DNA of 64,000 bases from an uncultured Acidobacteriota bacterium. Lineage in GTDB: Bacteria; Acidobacteriota; UBA6911; RPQK01; JAPXNP01. Location of the stretch: positions 1 through 64,000 of the forward strand of contig CAVZRV010000028.1 in the NCBI GenBank assembly GCA_963777605.1, given 5' to 3'. Shown here in pieces: positions 1 to 11,300 of the stretch. Made by a program: the position numbers and the translations under genes. The notes below the pieces were generated by a model. That model was not told where the DNA came from and did no database searches. It worked only from the letters and a program-made list of their open reading frames with translations. The stretch's first letter is position 1. Each line of letters opens with the position of its first letter.

Positions 1-415
1 GGACACCTTGGCAAATGCCCGGGACGGGAAAAGGTCGGAGCCACCAGCAGTGTCTCAGCTGAGACTGTCCCAGAAGCCGCCAAACCAGGTCAAACGCCAG
101 ACCAGTGAGCGGAGTGAACAATCGAACCCGTACGAGGGGTTACCCTCACAGGATTTTAGAGGCTGTTGCGTGATCCTGTATGTTATTGAAATATCAATAG
201 AACCAGCGTCAACCCCAAAATTGTGTTTTGGCAGGAGTTGCATTGAAGGTCCTAAGTTCTGTTCTGGTGGCGCGCCTTACTACAAAATCACTTGCATCAC
301 CTGAGGTGTTCAGATTCCAAAGGCACGATCAAAAGCCGGTGAATGAACCGGGCGCCTTGCGTTCCCTGCCGTTTCTGGCTGCACTCGTGAGTGAGGTGTA
401 ATTCCACCGACGACG

Positions 416-781
416 CTAACTCGGTGGGGATTCTCGCTCACTTGAGCCTCTCGACGACTTGCGGACCGCATCTCCGGCGGGCCGGAAAGTCTCAGACCAG
501 GACCAGATACGCCACTCCCCCTCCAAGTATTTCGCTGGCTTCCGGGAGGAGAAGGTCCCGGTGACATACCCATAGAACAGGACCCCCACCATCATTCGCG
601 GTTCGAAGAGCTGGTTGCGACGGCCAGCTCCCTTGTACCGCCGATTGAATGCCTTCAGATCGGGACGATCCCCGGTTTCCGAGATGAAGCAGCCTAAATG
701 ATTTTCCAGCAGCCAGTCCCGAGGAGACGCAGGCAACAAGAGTATCTGGTCGGGTAGATACAGGCGAAACGTCTTCGGCAT
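416..781 (-). pseudogene. IS1182-family transposase, N-terminal remnant
   Basis: MPKTFRLYLPDQILLLPASPRDWLLENHL...PRMMVGVLFYGYVTGTFSSRK resembles the IS1182 N-terminus (DUF772-like) and degenerates after about 90 aa. Possible end sequences at 61-75 (gagactgtcccagaa) and near 910-923. Confidence 0.75.
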
Positions 782-921
782 CTGTGCCCCAGAGCCTCTT
801 GCCCCTAAATCACCGTCCTGCCGCGTAGACTTTTCCGTCTCCACTTCGACCCGACTGACCAGAACTTGCACCTCCGCTTTAGATCGCGGTAGCGCCCATG
901 AAGAATCCTTCGAAACGGAGT

Positions 922-1125
922 CTGGTGAGATTCCCCCAGCCCAAACGCGGTGTCCCCACATTTCTTTGGGGCACGACTCACAAATCATCGAGACGAAAGG
1001 GGGACCCCTATTGCACTTCGGCCTGCAATAACCGATTCTTGGGGGATCGCCCAAAAAATGGGAGAAGGAGTACGAAGCATGATCCGAAAATGGTTTCTTC
1101 CTTTGATTGTCACGGGTGTCGTTAT
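922..1125 (+). repeat. ~200 bp leader plus signal-peptide start, copy 1 (copy 2 at 3042-3246)
   Basis: Aligns by eye with 3042-3246 through the RBS agaaggag and M(I/T)RKWFLPLIVTGVV. Confidence 0.9.
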
Positions 1126-2437
1126 TTGCACTGAGATTTTGGCGGTGAGGGTCAACTTTCCGCAGGTAGCGGACGGTGGCGGAATCTCCACCTCCTTTAC
1201 CCTGATCAATACCGGAAACTCAGACGTTACCGGTATCCTGGCACTCTTGAATCAGAATGGAACGCCGCGCACTCTCCGCTTGAATGGGAAGTCGGCCTCG
1301 TCCTTCCAGGTGACCGTTCCTGGAGGCGGGGGGACGGTGCGTCTGGCCTCCGCGAACGAAGGCTCCGCTCTGGCCGGGTGGGCCTACTTTGAGTCAGATT
1401 CGATCAATGTTCAGGGAGTAGCCACGTTCGACTTACGGGCGTCCGGCGGCGCCTTGATCACGAGCACCGGAATCCTGGGAACGGACGGCATCCGCAAAGC
1501 GGGTTTTCCCGTTGAAGTGATCTCCCCCTCGAGAAACACCGGGGCGGCCATTGCAGCTCTCGGCCAGGACGTAACCGTTCGACTGCATCTGATCGATGAA
1601 AATGGCGTGGAGGTTTCCAGCGTTCTGGACCCTCGGCTCAACCCGCTCCGAGCGAACAACCAGATTGCGGCATTCGTCAACGAGTTGTTCCCGGCGGTCA
1701 GCGGGATCAACAACTTCAGTGGCAGCCTCGTTGTTGAGGTGCTGGGGACTGGTCAAGTGGCCGTCACGAGTCTGGTGTCAAAAGAGTCACTGCTCTCGGC
1801 TGTGCCGGTCGTCGAGTTCAACGCTGTCACCTCGGCAAGGCTGAAAGCCGACTACCAGTTTCAAAGCACCCTGTCGAGTTCCGTCGCCGGCTCGCCCAAT
1901 CTGAACAACGTCGGTTCCAACACATTTGGAAGCAGAATCGTTGATGGAAATCCCCGCACTGTATTGAACTTTTCCCCCAATAACGGCCTGACTCTTTCTC
2001 CCACGGTCGGAGTCATGCCCAATGACACGTACACCATTTCCGTCCTGTTCAGTTTTAATGAGACGTCCGGCTGGAAGAAGATCCTGGATCTCAAGAATGG
2101 AACAGTTGACCGGGGTCTTTTCGTGCTGGATGGGAAACTGGTTTTCTACAACGAAAGTTCCAGTGGGATTGCCGCAAGCGTAAGCCCCGATACTTTTGTG
2201 CAGGTTGTGCTGACGCGTGATTCCGACAAACTCGTCGTTGGCTATGTCGACGGCGTGATGCAATTCTCGTTCACGGACGTCGATAACGAAGCCACGATCA
2301 GCGATCAGAACACGTTGAGGTTCTTTAACAACATTCCAAGCCCCGGGGATACTGCTTCCGGCTCGGTGGCTCGTGTGCGCATCTATGACAATGCAATCTC
2401 GGCGGAGGAAGCTGCTCTGCTCGATCGTGTTCCCTGA
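1079..2437 (+). CDS. Secreted protein: Acidobacteria-type N-terminal domain plus C-terminal LamG-like jellyroll
   Basis: RBS and signal peptide; FPQVADGGG...NTGAAIA...FVNELFP domain; C-terminal VQVVLTRD...GYVDG...VRIYDNAISAEE is typical of LamG-like domains. Confidence 0.75.
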   Translation: MIRKWFLPLIVTGVVICTEILAVRVNFPQVADGGGISTSFTLINTGNSDVTGILALLNQNGTPRTLRLNGKSASSFQVTVPGGGGTVRLASANEGSALAGWAYFESDSINVQGVATFDLRASGGALITSTGILGTDGIRKAGFPVEVISPSRNTGAAIAALGQDVTVRLHLIDENGVEVSSVLDPRLNPLRANNQIAAFVNELFPAVSGINNFSGSLVVEVLGTGQVAVTSLVSKESLLSAVPVVEFNAVTSARLKADYQFQSTLSSSVAGSPNLNNVGSNTFGSRIVDGNPRTVLNFSPNNGLTLSPTVGVMPNDTYTISVLFSFNETSGWKKILDLKNGTVDRGLFVLDGKLVFYNESSSGIAASVSPDTFVQVVLTRDSDKLVVGYVDGVMQFSFTDVDNEATISDQNTLRFFNNIPSPGDTASGSVARVRIYDNAISAEEAALLDRVP

Positions 2438-2459
2438 TGTGACAGGGACCAAGAAGATG

Positions 2460-2506
2460 TGAGAAACGGCCGGCAGTGGAAGCGTTTGCTGTCGGCCGTT
2501 TTTCGT
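2460..2506 (+). terminator. Probable intrinsic terminator
   Basis: Hairpin aaacggccggcag...ctgtcggccgttttt shortly after the stop at 2437. Confidence 0.5.
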
Positions 2507-3041
2507 CATGGGGATGGTCAAGTCCGGCACAACATGGAAAGGCCTTGCGCTCTAGGCTGCCCGCCTTTTCAACCCGAATGTAGTGGAGACTTTGCAAAGC
2601 GCCTGATTGAATCTAAAAGACTTACAACTCATTCAAGCGCTTTCATGACAAATTTGGACCGATGCGAAATCGAACCCGGCGGGCATACCCGCAAAGAAAT
2701 CGAAGCCATTGCCGCTGAAGCCCAGTGGTGCCCGCCCTTGAATTTCAGACTGAGTCCCAATGCTCAAGCAGGCGGCAGGGTTGCTGAGCCACACCTTCGG
2801 GACGCTGTACGATCCACGTGCGCAGTTCACTCCGGGTGTAGCCTCCGGTCGAGGGTTCCTGCACGGTGTTGTTCAACCCCTCGAACGAAAGTGTAATCCC
2901 CGAACGCCTCGGGAACGATCCGAAGAGCCCAAGCCCCGACCACATGTCGCGGCTCGCGTCCCATTTCATCGGTTCGTCACTATGCCCATCACAAGGCGCC
3001 GTCTCGGCCTGGACGGCCGTGGCCTCGACGGCAAAACAGCG

Positions 3042-3246
3042 CCTGGTGAGAGTCCCCCAGGCCCAAGCGCGGTTTCACCCACATTTCTTTGGGGCACACA
3101 TCACAAATCATTGAGACGGAAGGGGGTCTATTGCCCATTCGGCTTGCAATAACCGATTCTTTCAGGATTGCCCAGGCAATGGGAGAAGGAGCACAAAGCA
3201 TGACCCGAAAATGGTTTCTTCCTTTGATTGTCACTGGTGTCGTTAC
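3042..3246 (+). repeat. Leader plus signal-peptide start, copy 2 (orphan, ORF truncated)
   Basis: Diverged copy of 922-1125; similarity stops after GVV. Confidence 0.9.
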
Positions 3247-3408
3247 AAGGATCATTCCAGCTAGATATCAAGGTCGAATCACCGAACCGATGCCCGGCTC
3301 CCGCGGAAACGTCGTTTGCCTCCAAGGCGAAGGAGAGAGTACTGTGTCCTTACTGGAGATCCTAATCGGAGATTCTGCTTCTTTAAATCGGGGTAACAGG
3401 AGGTAGCG

Positions 3409-4260
3409 ATGACAGAGCACTCTATCGGAGAGTTTGGGGATTTTAGAATTCCGCAAGGGCTGGGCAAGAAAATCGCAGTTGTTGTAGTCGTGATCGCCTG
3501 CATCATTGTGTTGGCGGGAAGCACCGGGATAGTCGATGCAGGACAACGAGGCGTCTTGCTGCGTTTTGGGGCCGTGACCGGGGCGATAAAGGGAGAGGGT
3601 CTCTATTTCAAGATCCCTTTCGTTGACGAGGTAGTTCTAATGTCAACCCAGATTCAGAAATACACCGCCCCTGTCGGCTCATCCAGCAAGGACCTGCAGG
3701 TGGTTACCACAGAAGTCACCTTAAACTATCAGTTGAATGCCAGCAAGGTGGGGGAAACTTATCGCGATATGCGGCAGGATTATGAAAGCCGGGTCATTCA
3801 ACCCTACATCCAGGAAGCGGTCAAATCTACCACGGCCAATTTCGACGCCGAGCAGTTGATCACACGAAGACCGCAGGTGAAAGACGAACTTCAAAATTTG
3901 ATGACGGAAAGGTTGGCTCCTCTTGGTATCGAAGTTGTCCAACTCTCCATCACGGACTTTCAGTTCTCGTCAACCTTCCAGGACTCCATCGAGGCAAAGG
4001 TGAAAGCGGTCCAACAGGCTCTGGAGGCAGAAAACGCCTTGAGACGGGTGGAGTTTGAAGCGCAACAGGCAATCACCAGGGCCCAGGCTGAAGCCAAAGG
4101 GCTGGAGCTCCAAAAAGCACAGATAACGGAGGACCTGCTGGAGTTGCGGCGAATCGAGGTCCAGGGACGAGCTGTGGAGAAATGGAACGGGGTGATGCCA
4201 ACGGTGGTCACCAGCGGGGGACCAGTGCCTATGTTGGACGTGTTTGGCGGACGACAGTAG
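3409..4260 (+). CDS. Prohibitin/SPFH (band 7) family protein
   Basis: RBS aggagg; N-terminal TM; GVLLRFG...EGLYFKIPF; SKDLQ; AIEAK-like coiled coil; KWNG. Confidence 0.93.
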   Translation: MTEHSIGEFGDFRIPQGLGKKIAVVVVVIACIIVLAGSTGIVDAGQRGVLLRFGAVTGAIKGEGLYFKIPFVDEVVLMSTQIQKYTAPVGSSSKDLQVVTTEVTLNYQLNASKVGETYRDMRQDYESRVIQPYIQEAVKSTTANFDAEQLITRRPQVKDELQNLMTERLAPLGIEVVQLSITDFQFSSTFQDSIEAKVKAVQQALEAENALRRVEFEAQQAITRAQAEAKGLELQKAQITEDLLELRRIEVQGRAVEKWNGVMPTVVTSGGPVPMLDVFGGRQ

Positions 4261-4306
4261 AGCAATGGTTGCTCTACCGGCAGGGTCGCCGCAACAGGGA
4301 GGGGGG

Positions 4307-4400
4307 GGCTCTGTCAAGTTGTCGAGTCGCCAGACAGCATAGCTGATGATCTGAGGTGAAAACCGGTGGCGGGAGTAACTGGGTTCGGTTGGCATTCTCC
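4307..4400 (-). mobile_element. Internally deleted IS6-family remnant
   Basis: MPTEPSYSRHRFSPQIISYAVW resembles the IS6 transposase N-terminus and joins directly to an IS6-like end ggctctgtcaagtt at 4307. Confidence 0.6.
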
Positions 4401-4409
4401 GATTGTCTG

Positions 4410-4816
4410 CGATGGCCTGACGGGGTCGTGGCATGCAAGAGTACCGGCACACCTCTTGAATGCGCCGCGCGGACTACCTCCTCAATTAGAGTTTGCGACG
4501 GCAGCCGGAACGGGGGCGGTCCTCCGGGAAACCAAAGCGCTTCTTCATAGTAGAGCTTGATACAACTAGCGCCATCCTCAATTAGCGCTGCAACGGATTT
4601 TTCAGGGGTGTGATTAGCTGATTCGTCACCGTCCGGTGTAGGGAGATTGGAGTCTGGGTCGTGAAGATAGTGTGGATAGCGTTCCGCGAAGCCTCCATCC
4701 TCGAATTCGAGTGCCATAAACCCGTCGTCGAGCACGAGCCCGTGGCCGCAATGAAAGAGGCGCGGATGGTGTGAAGCAGCTTCGAATGTTTGATTGGCGT
4801 CCGGACTCGCATTCAA
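4410..4816 (-). pseudogene. Amidohydrolase-family fragment
   Basis: GASCIKLYYEE...VRAAHSRGVPVLLHAT is an internal part of an amidohydrolase barrel; both ends are missing. Confidence 0.6.
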
Positions 4817-4919
4817 CTCAATGACTATTTCTACGGTTCCATCTGTGGTTCTTCCCGCCAGCTCGGGAACAAGTTTCTCCAGAAACCATGCCCCCTGCTC
4901 TCCCCCCGGCCAGCATAAT

Positions 4920-5258
4920 TTCTTTTTCCCATGTCGTCGCAGGGGACCGGAAGAATGTGATCGCAGCGGTAGTCTCTAGTTGGGTGAGCGAGGAGATCCT
5001 GGAAACGGTCGACCACCGGCAACGGGTGTGGACTATTCCCCGGGTCCTGCGGCCCACTTTCGGCGGGACACGACTTTGGTACCAGGCCGAATCCGGACAG
5101 ATCCAGTACTGCACCCACAAGGGACTCACCCGCTCCATGGATGCCTTGGACTGGATCGCTCTGGTGACCTCCCAGAAGAGTGGAGCGTCATCCGCAAGAT
5201 CCTTCAGCACCTGAATCTGTGGGAGCAGTCGCCGCACTCTCCACCGCCGCCCCGTCTG
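4920..5258 (+). mobile_element. IS91/ISCR-like transposase remnant with multiple deletions
   Basis: Patches WVSEEILETVDHRQRVWTIPRVLRPTF, GTRLWYQAESGQIQY, DALDWIALVTS and WSVIRKILQHLNL match the element at 30746-32150. Confidence 0.8.
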
Positions 5259-5326
5259 TCGAGAGAAGTTAGCACCCCAGGTCCCGCCCGGCCGCTATCG
5301 CTCCTGCTGCGCGCAGTACTCCTTGT

Positions 5327-8300
5327 TCAATCGTCCCCGCGACCGGGAATCACCGGAAACGTGCTCAGAGTGGGCACCTCGTCAGGGAAGTCCTTGCCGG
5401 GATCATTGGTTTCCCTCAGGGTCACCGCCGCCACCGGCACATCGCTGTGGACCGTCAGGCTGCCCAGCATCTCCGTGACCCCTTCCACACCCGGGAAGAC
5501 TTCGTTGATAAACCGGGCGTAGTGTTCTCCCGCCGCCAACTCGAGCTGCTTTTCCGCCAGGAGACTGAAGGACTGATCGTAGAGCCTCAGTGTGACCACA
5601 GCCGAGCCCGAACCGGATCCGCCGGGTGGATTGACCAGAGCCAACCCCGTCCGGCGCTCTCCGCTGGAATCGACCACCAGGCTGAAGTCCGCCAGGGGCT
5701 CGGACGCCGGAACACCCGCTTCGTACAGCAGCGTGCCAGTGGGCGTGTCGATCAGTGTGAAAACGGCAGTCCCTCCCACCCGGCTGTCGGCAGTGATCTT
5801 CGCATAGCCCACCTTCAGATTCCCCGTTCCCGGGCTCTGCAGGGAGATCGCTTCCCCCTTCCCCAGTTCCAGCTCGAGCACAGAGGCGGCCTGTCCTGTT
5901 CCCAGGTCCAGAGCCATTGGACTGCCAGAGGAGTCGTAGAGCTCAATTCGAAGCTGGGAGGCTTCTCCCGTGTTTACGAAGATCATGCTGGTTCGCAGTG
6001 CAATCCCCGGGACCGCGCCGTCCGCCGCCTGGGCGAAGTAGAAAACCTTTTCCTCACCAATAGAGGAAGTCTCGCCGTCCGCCCGTCCCGAAATGACGGG
6101 AAAAGCCGTCAGGGTTGGCACCTCATCCGGGAACTCCCGGCTCGGATCGTCGTTTTGCCTAAGCGTCACCGCGGCAATCGGCTGGTCGCTCTCGACTGTG
6201 ACGACCCCCTCCATTTCCGCCGCCCGGGCCGCCTGATCCGGAAAGAGTTCCCGAACGAAGCGGGCCAGGTGTTCGCCCGGCGAAAGGGTCAATTCTCGAG
6301 TTGCTATGGATTCGAACGACTTGTCGTAGAGCCGGAGCGTGACCGAAGCAGCGGCCTGCTGCTGGCCGGTCAGGCGAGGATAGGCCAGAGCCAGGCCCGT
6401 ATCCCGGTTGCCGAGAGAATCCACGAAGAGCGAGAAGTCGGACAAGGTCCGCGCCGCCGGAACTCCGGTTTCGTAGAGCAGGATTCCCTGCTCTGCATCG
6501 GAGCGGCTGAAGATGGCCGTGCCGCCCAAGCCTTCAGCCCCGATCACCCTGGCGTAACCAACCTTCAAAGGGTCGGCCCCCGGGGTCTTAGTCGACAGAG
6601 CTTCGCCCGGTGCCAGGCCGAATTCAAATAGCGACCCACTCCCCAGTCCCTCGAATTCGAGATCCAGAAATCGCCCGTCGGAGTCGGCCAGATCGACCTG
6701 GACCGGACTGACTCCGCCCGCGTTCTCGAAAACCAAACTGGTTTCAAACTGGATGTTTCCCGCAAGACCGTCCCCAAGCTGGGCAAAGTAGAAGGTGCTC
6801 GAATTGATGACCGGTCCGCCAAGGGTTTGGATGACGCCATTGACGCTGAGATCATGATCCCCACGGGATCCGTCGACGAAATGGACTTCGATCCGGTCGT
6901 CGAATAGCTCCGCACCTGTCGTCCCGTCGAAGAGGAATTCGTATAGGTGATCGACCGGGTCGTCCGGAGTAGGGCCGTAGTTGTAGAATCCGCTCACCCG
7001 GACTCCGTTGGCCAGGTAGTAAGTGAGAACGGACGTTCCAGACTGGTTTGGCTGCCGAACCGCCATGGCTGAGGCTTCAGGGGAGCCCGTGCTTGTCTCC
7101 GACAGCAGTTGCCTCGACTCGGCCCACCCCAAAGGCATTTTGTCCTTTAGAAAGCCGAGAATGTACGTCTCCAGAAACGACGGGGTAGTGACATTATCGA
7201 GGATGAGCTCGGCAGCGTCGGTCCTCACTCCACTCAAGCCGGTAGACGCCGTGAGAGGATGAAGAATGGCGGGGACCACGGCGACATTCTTTTCGGTAGA
7301 ATCCAGCTTTCCATTTCCGTCGGAGTCGCCACCGTTTGGTCCTGAATCCTCCAGTTTGTCAGGTATACCGTCCCCGTCGGAGTCCGTTGCACCGAAGGCA
7401 CACCGCGCGAACTCTGAAGTACTGCCGCTGGAATTCGTCACGGTCGCAGTGATCAGGTTCATCCCTGTGAGTTGAATCGATGGGATTCTGAAGTAGACAT
7501 ACGCGTTGCCGACCAAGTTAGTCGACACCGTCCTCTTTCCCAGATACCTTTCTCCCTGGCAGTTGCGATAAAGCTCACTGTCGTAAGCCGCAAAGAATTG
7601 GACTTCGAACTCTTCATTCGCCAGACTGTCCAGCTTAGCCCGCGCCACCACACCCTGTGGGTCAACCGTAACGAATGGTATAGGATCGTTATAGAAGCCG
7701 AATTGGCTGAACTCCAAAGTATTCTGCCCTTCATTGGGCCCGCCATCTTCGTCGTTACGGTCATTCTCCAGCCGAATGCCGTGATTCAGGCTGATCCCCA
7801 TTCCCCAGTTTCCAAAAATCCGGTTTGACAGAATCTGATTCCCTACGGACATCTCAGATTCGATGAGCACACCCAGACGATTTCCAGTAATGGTGTTGCC
7901 GAACGTTGCGTCAGGGCCGCCGATCACGTTGTGCGCAGCCTCTTCCGTAACCATTACACCGTAGTCCGGATAGTCGCGGATCAGGTTTCCCTGGATGTGG
8001 TTGCCGCGCGACTTACCGTTCAGCAGTACCCCTCCGCTGGGGTATCCTTCCAATTGAGGCGGTCGTTGAAAATCGGGGCTGAACGCGACAGTGTTCCCTT
8101 GACCCGGGCTGGCTCCACCAATTAGGTTGTCATTGGCCTTGACAGCAATACCTACCCAGTTTCCGAGGTCACGCCCGGACTGAGGGTCGACTGAATTCGT
8201 GCCAATCAGATTTCCCTGAATCTGGTTGCCCACCGAGGGGGTTGCCTCCCCCTCGCTGATACTGATTCCGATCCCAGTACCTCCAATGATGTTGGGTTTC

Positions 8301-11300
8301 TTACCGCCGATGATATTGCCGGAAGCCTGCAGCACATAAATGCCACTGGCGGAACACATCTTGTTGGAGATGAGCGTTTCACCAGCCGCATCCGTGCAGA
8401 AGAGGTTTCCGTACACTTCGTTTCCAGATGCGCCGGGACCGAAAATCTGGAGGCCGATCGTGAATCCGGCAATCAGGTTCCGATCACGAGAGTCCTCGCC
8501 TCCAATCAAGTTCTCCGGCGCATTGAAGACCCAGACTCCGATTTGGGCCAGGGAGGACTCCGGCTGCCTGATCTCGGAACCCGTGGGATCCACTCCGAGG
8601 TAGTTCCCGGCAACCTGATTGTTGCTTCCCTCGAGGACGATGCCGTGCCGATCGAAAGAGTGAATCGTCAGCCCCCGGACCTCGGAATCAGAGGCGGTCA
8701 GGACAAGTCCATCAGAGCCTTGGCCCGCATTGGTCCCGTCGAGTTCGATCTTCAGCAGGGCGGGAGTGCTCGCCGAAGCCTCCCTGCTTCCCGGTTGAGT
8801 GTAACCATCGATAGAGACCTCGTCGGCGACGTCGGGCAGCGCGCTTTCGGGCCGGATCAGTTGCACCGCATTCTCGGACTGCCCATTCTCGACTTCAATC
8901 TGGAAGTGAATCTCGTCTTTACCCTCGCGGTCATTCGCCTCCTGGATCGCCGCCCGAAGGGTACACTCGCAATCCCCAACGATCCCAGGATTACAGGCCC
9001 CATCACTCCCGTCCGCCTTCTTCCCCGTACTGCAGATTCCGTCGAAAGGCTGTTCTTCCGTCGATTTCCCGGGATCGTAATTCTCATCAGGGTCATCTCC
9101 GGTCGAGTTGACCACATAAGGGTCCTGATCTGCTTCAAGCGAACAGGCGGAGAACTCCGAGGTGTTACCGGCCGCGTCGGTGGCGGTGGCGGTGATGAAC
9201 TTGCCCTCGGGAACGCCCTGGAGGAAGGCCAGGCCGGACCCGTCTTCGACCGTCTGAAGCTCAAAGGAATCAAGAAGTGACTGCCCTTCACCATATCCGG
9301 TTGGGTCGCATGCGTCGTTGGCGAAGATCTGGATGGTGAAAGTAGTGTTCGGCGTGCTGTCCAGGGTCAGGTCGATATCCGTGCTGTTCGGAACCCGGGT
9401 CAGGACGGGAAAATTCTGTTTGTTGTTGGGCCCGGTATCGGCGTCACCCGGGTCGTTCGGGGTGGGGTCGGAAAAGGACCCGATCCCCAAGCCGCGGTTG
9501 GAGTGAATCGAATTGCCCAGGATCTTGTTCCCGTTGCCCGCGTAGGATAGCGAGACGCCCTTCGCCGTTTCGCTCGCCGTTCCGTTGAAGGCGATGATGT
9601 TGCCGGCACCGCCTGTGCCGCCGATTTCGAGGTCCTTGCCTGCGATCACGACCCCGTCCTCACCGTTGCCCAGTTGCGTACTTCCGGTGGTGTTGATCCC
9701 GATGAGGTTACCGACCAGTTTGGTCCCATCTGAAAGCGCCGCCAGACGGACCCCCGCTCCCGTATTTCCGGCGATGACGTTGGCCTGGCCGGGTGAGGTG
9801 CCCCCGATGGTGCATCCGGGATGCCAGGAGTTCTGGATCCCGGTTTGATTGGGAACTGAACGCCCTTGCCCGGGATTCAGGCCGATCGTGTTTGCCAGGA
9901 CCAAGTGAGCACCTCCCGTCGCGGTGCCCGATACCCTGCCGAACTTGATCGCCGTATTGGCAATCCCTGCGAACTGGTTGCCCTGAATCGTGCAGGACTG
10001 AGCCGGGTTTCCGATATCCAAGCCCGATTTTGCCGAAGCCGGAAGGGCTCCCGACTTGTCGGCACCGAAGTAGTTGTTGAGAACCTGAATGCCGGAACTG
10101 GTGGTGCGGATTTCGACTCCCACCCGCGAAAGATTGTGGAACTCGTTATTCCATATCGTGCTGTTGGTCGTATTGATCAGAGTGATGCCGCCGGGGATGG
10201 CCCCCTCGTCTCCGAACCGGCAGCTCTCGATCGTGACATTGGTGACATCCTCGATGTAGATCCCGTAGGTCGCGCCGTTGGCATCCAGGGTGACCTCCCG
10301 GATGGTGCTGTTCGAAGCGTCTTTCAGCCCATATCGAAACAAGTGGAAGGCGGCGCTCTTCTCGCCGGTTTCCGGTGCCCCCCAACGAGCCTTTTCTTTA
10401 CCCTTAATCACCACGCCGTTGCCGTTGATGGTGGTAGGGCCGGGTACCACCAGCGGCGGGATATACGGGGTATCCTGGAATCCCACTCCTATCGCTTCCA
10501 GGGTGATTTCCTTAACCGTTATTTCGATCTGGAATGGGGAATCATTCGGATGGGAGTTGGCGTAGATCAGGGCCCCGCGGATGGTGCATCGGCCGCTTGG
10601 ATTTGACGGCTGCTTGCACTCGTAGTCGCTCCCCGCGTCGTTGACGGTCAGAGTGACCCCGGCTGCCGTCGGCAGGATCGACGATCCCGTCGCGGTCAGG
10701 ACCAGGAGATCGTCAAGGCCGTCGGAGTTGATCCGCAGCGGAAGGACGGCCAGAGATTCCCCGGACCCCAGATAGACGGCTTGGGGCCAAGCCTCTCCGG
10801 GAACCCCGCCGATACCTGAAGCCGAGAGTGGCCCTGCCTCGCCGACGCCGGTCAGAAGGATCCGCAGATCACCCGTCGAAGGGGAGACCAGGGCGAGATC
10901 GTCATGCCGTCCGGTCGATGATTTCAGCCTCGTCAGCCGTGCGGTCGGCCCCCCCTGGAAATTCAACTGAGAATTGAGTCCCTCCGGACGGACTCCAGTG
11001 AACCGACCAGCCAGAACCTTTGGCTCCGTATCGGAACAGTCCAGGATGCGCAGTTCACCTGTGGCTAAGAGCAGAGCCAGTTCCGGCTCGCTCTCGCCGG
11101 CGAAATCCCCCGCGGCGATGGCGGCAACCGGAATGTTGACCGGGTAGACGGTGATTTCCGGAGATTCGACGGCCCGAAGCGAGACCGGCCTGGTGAGCTG
11201 GCGATCACGCCCGGACGCAATCACGATCTCGTTCTCCAAGGCCGCGACGATGTCTATTTCCGGTCCCCGAATCAGGTCTGTCAGGGCGATATCGATGACT

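Noticed and set aside
61-75. gagactgtcccagaa as a member of the GGGACAG family
   Set aside because: Does not match the 10-mer exactly and fits an IS-type terminal repeat equally well.
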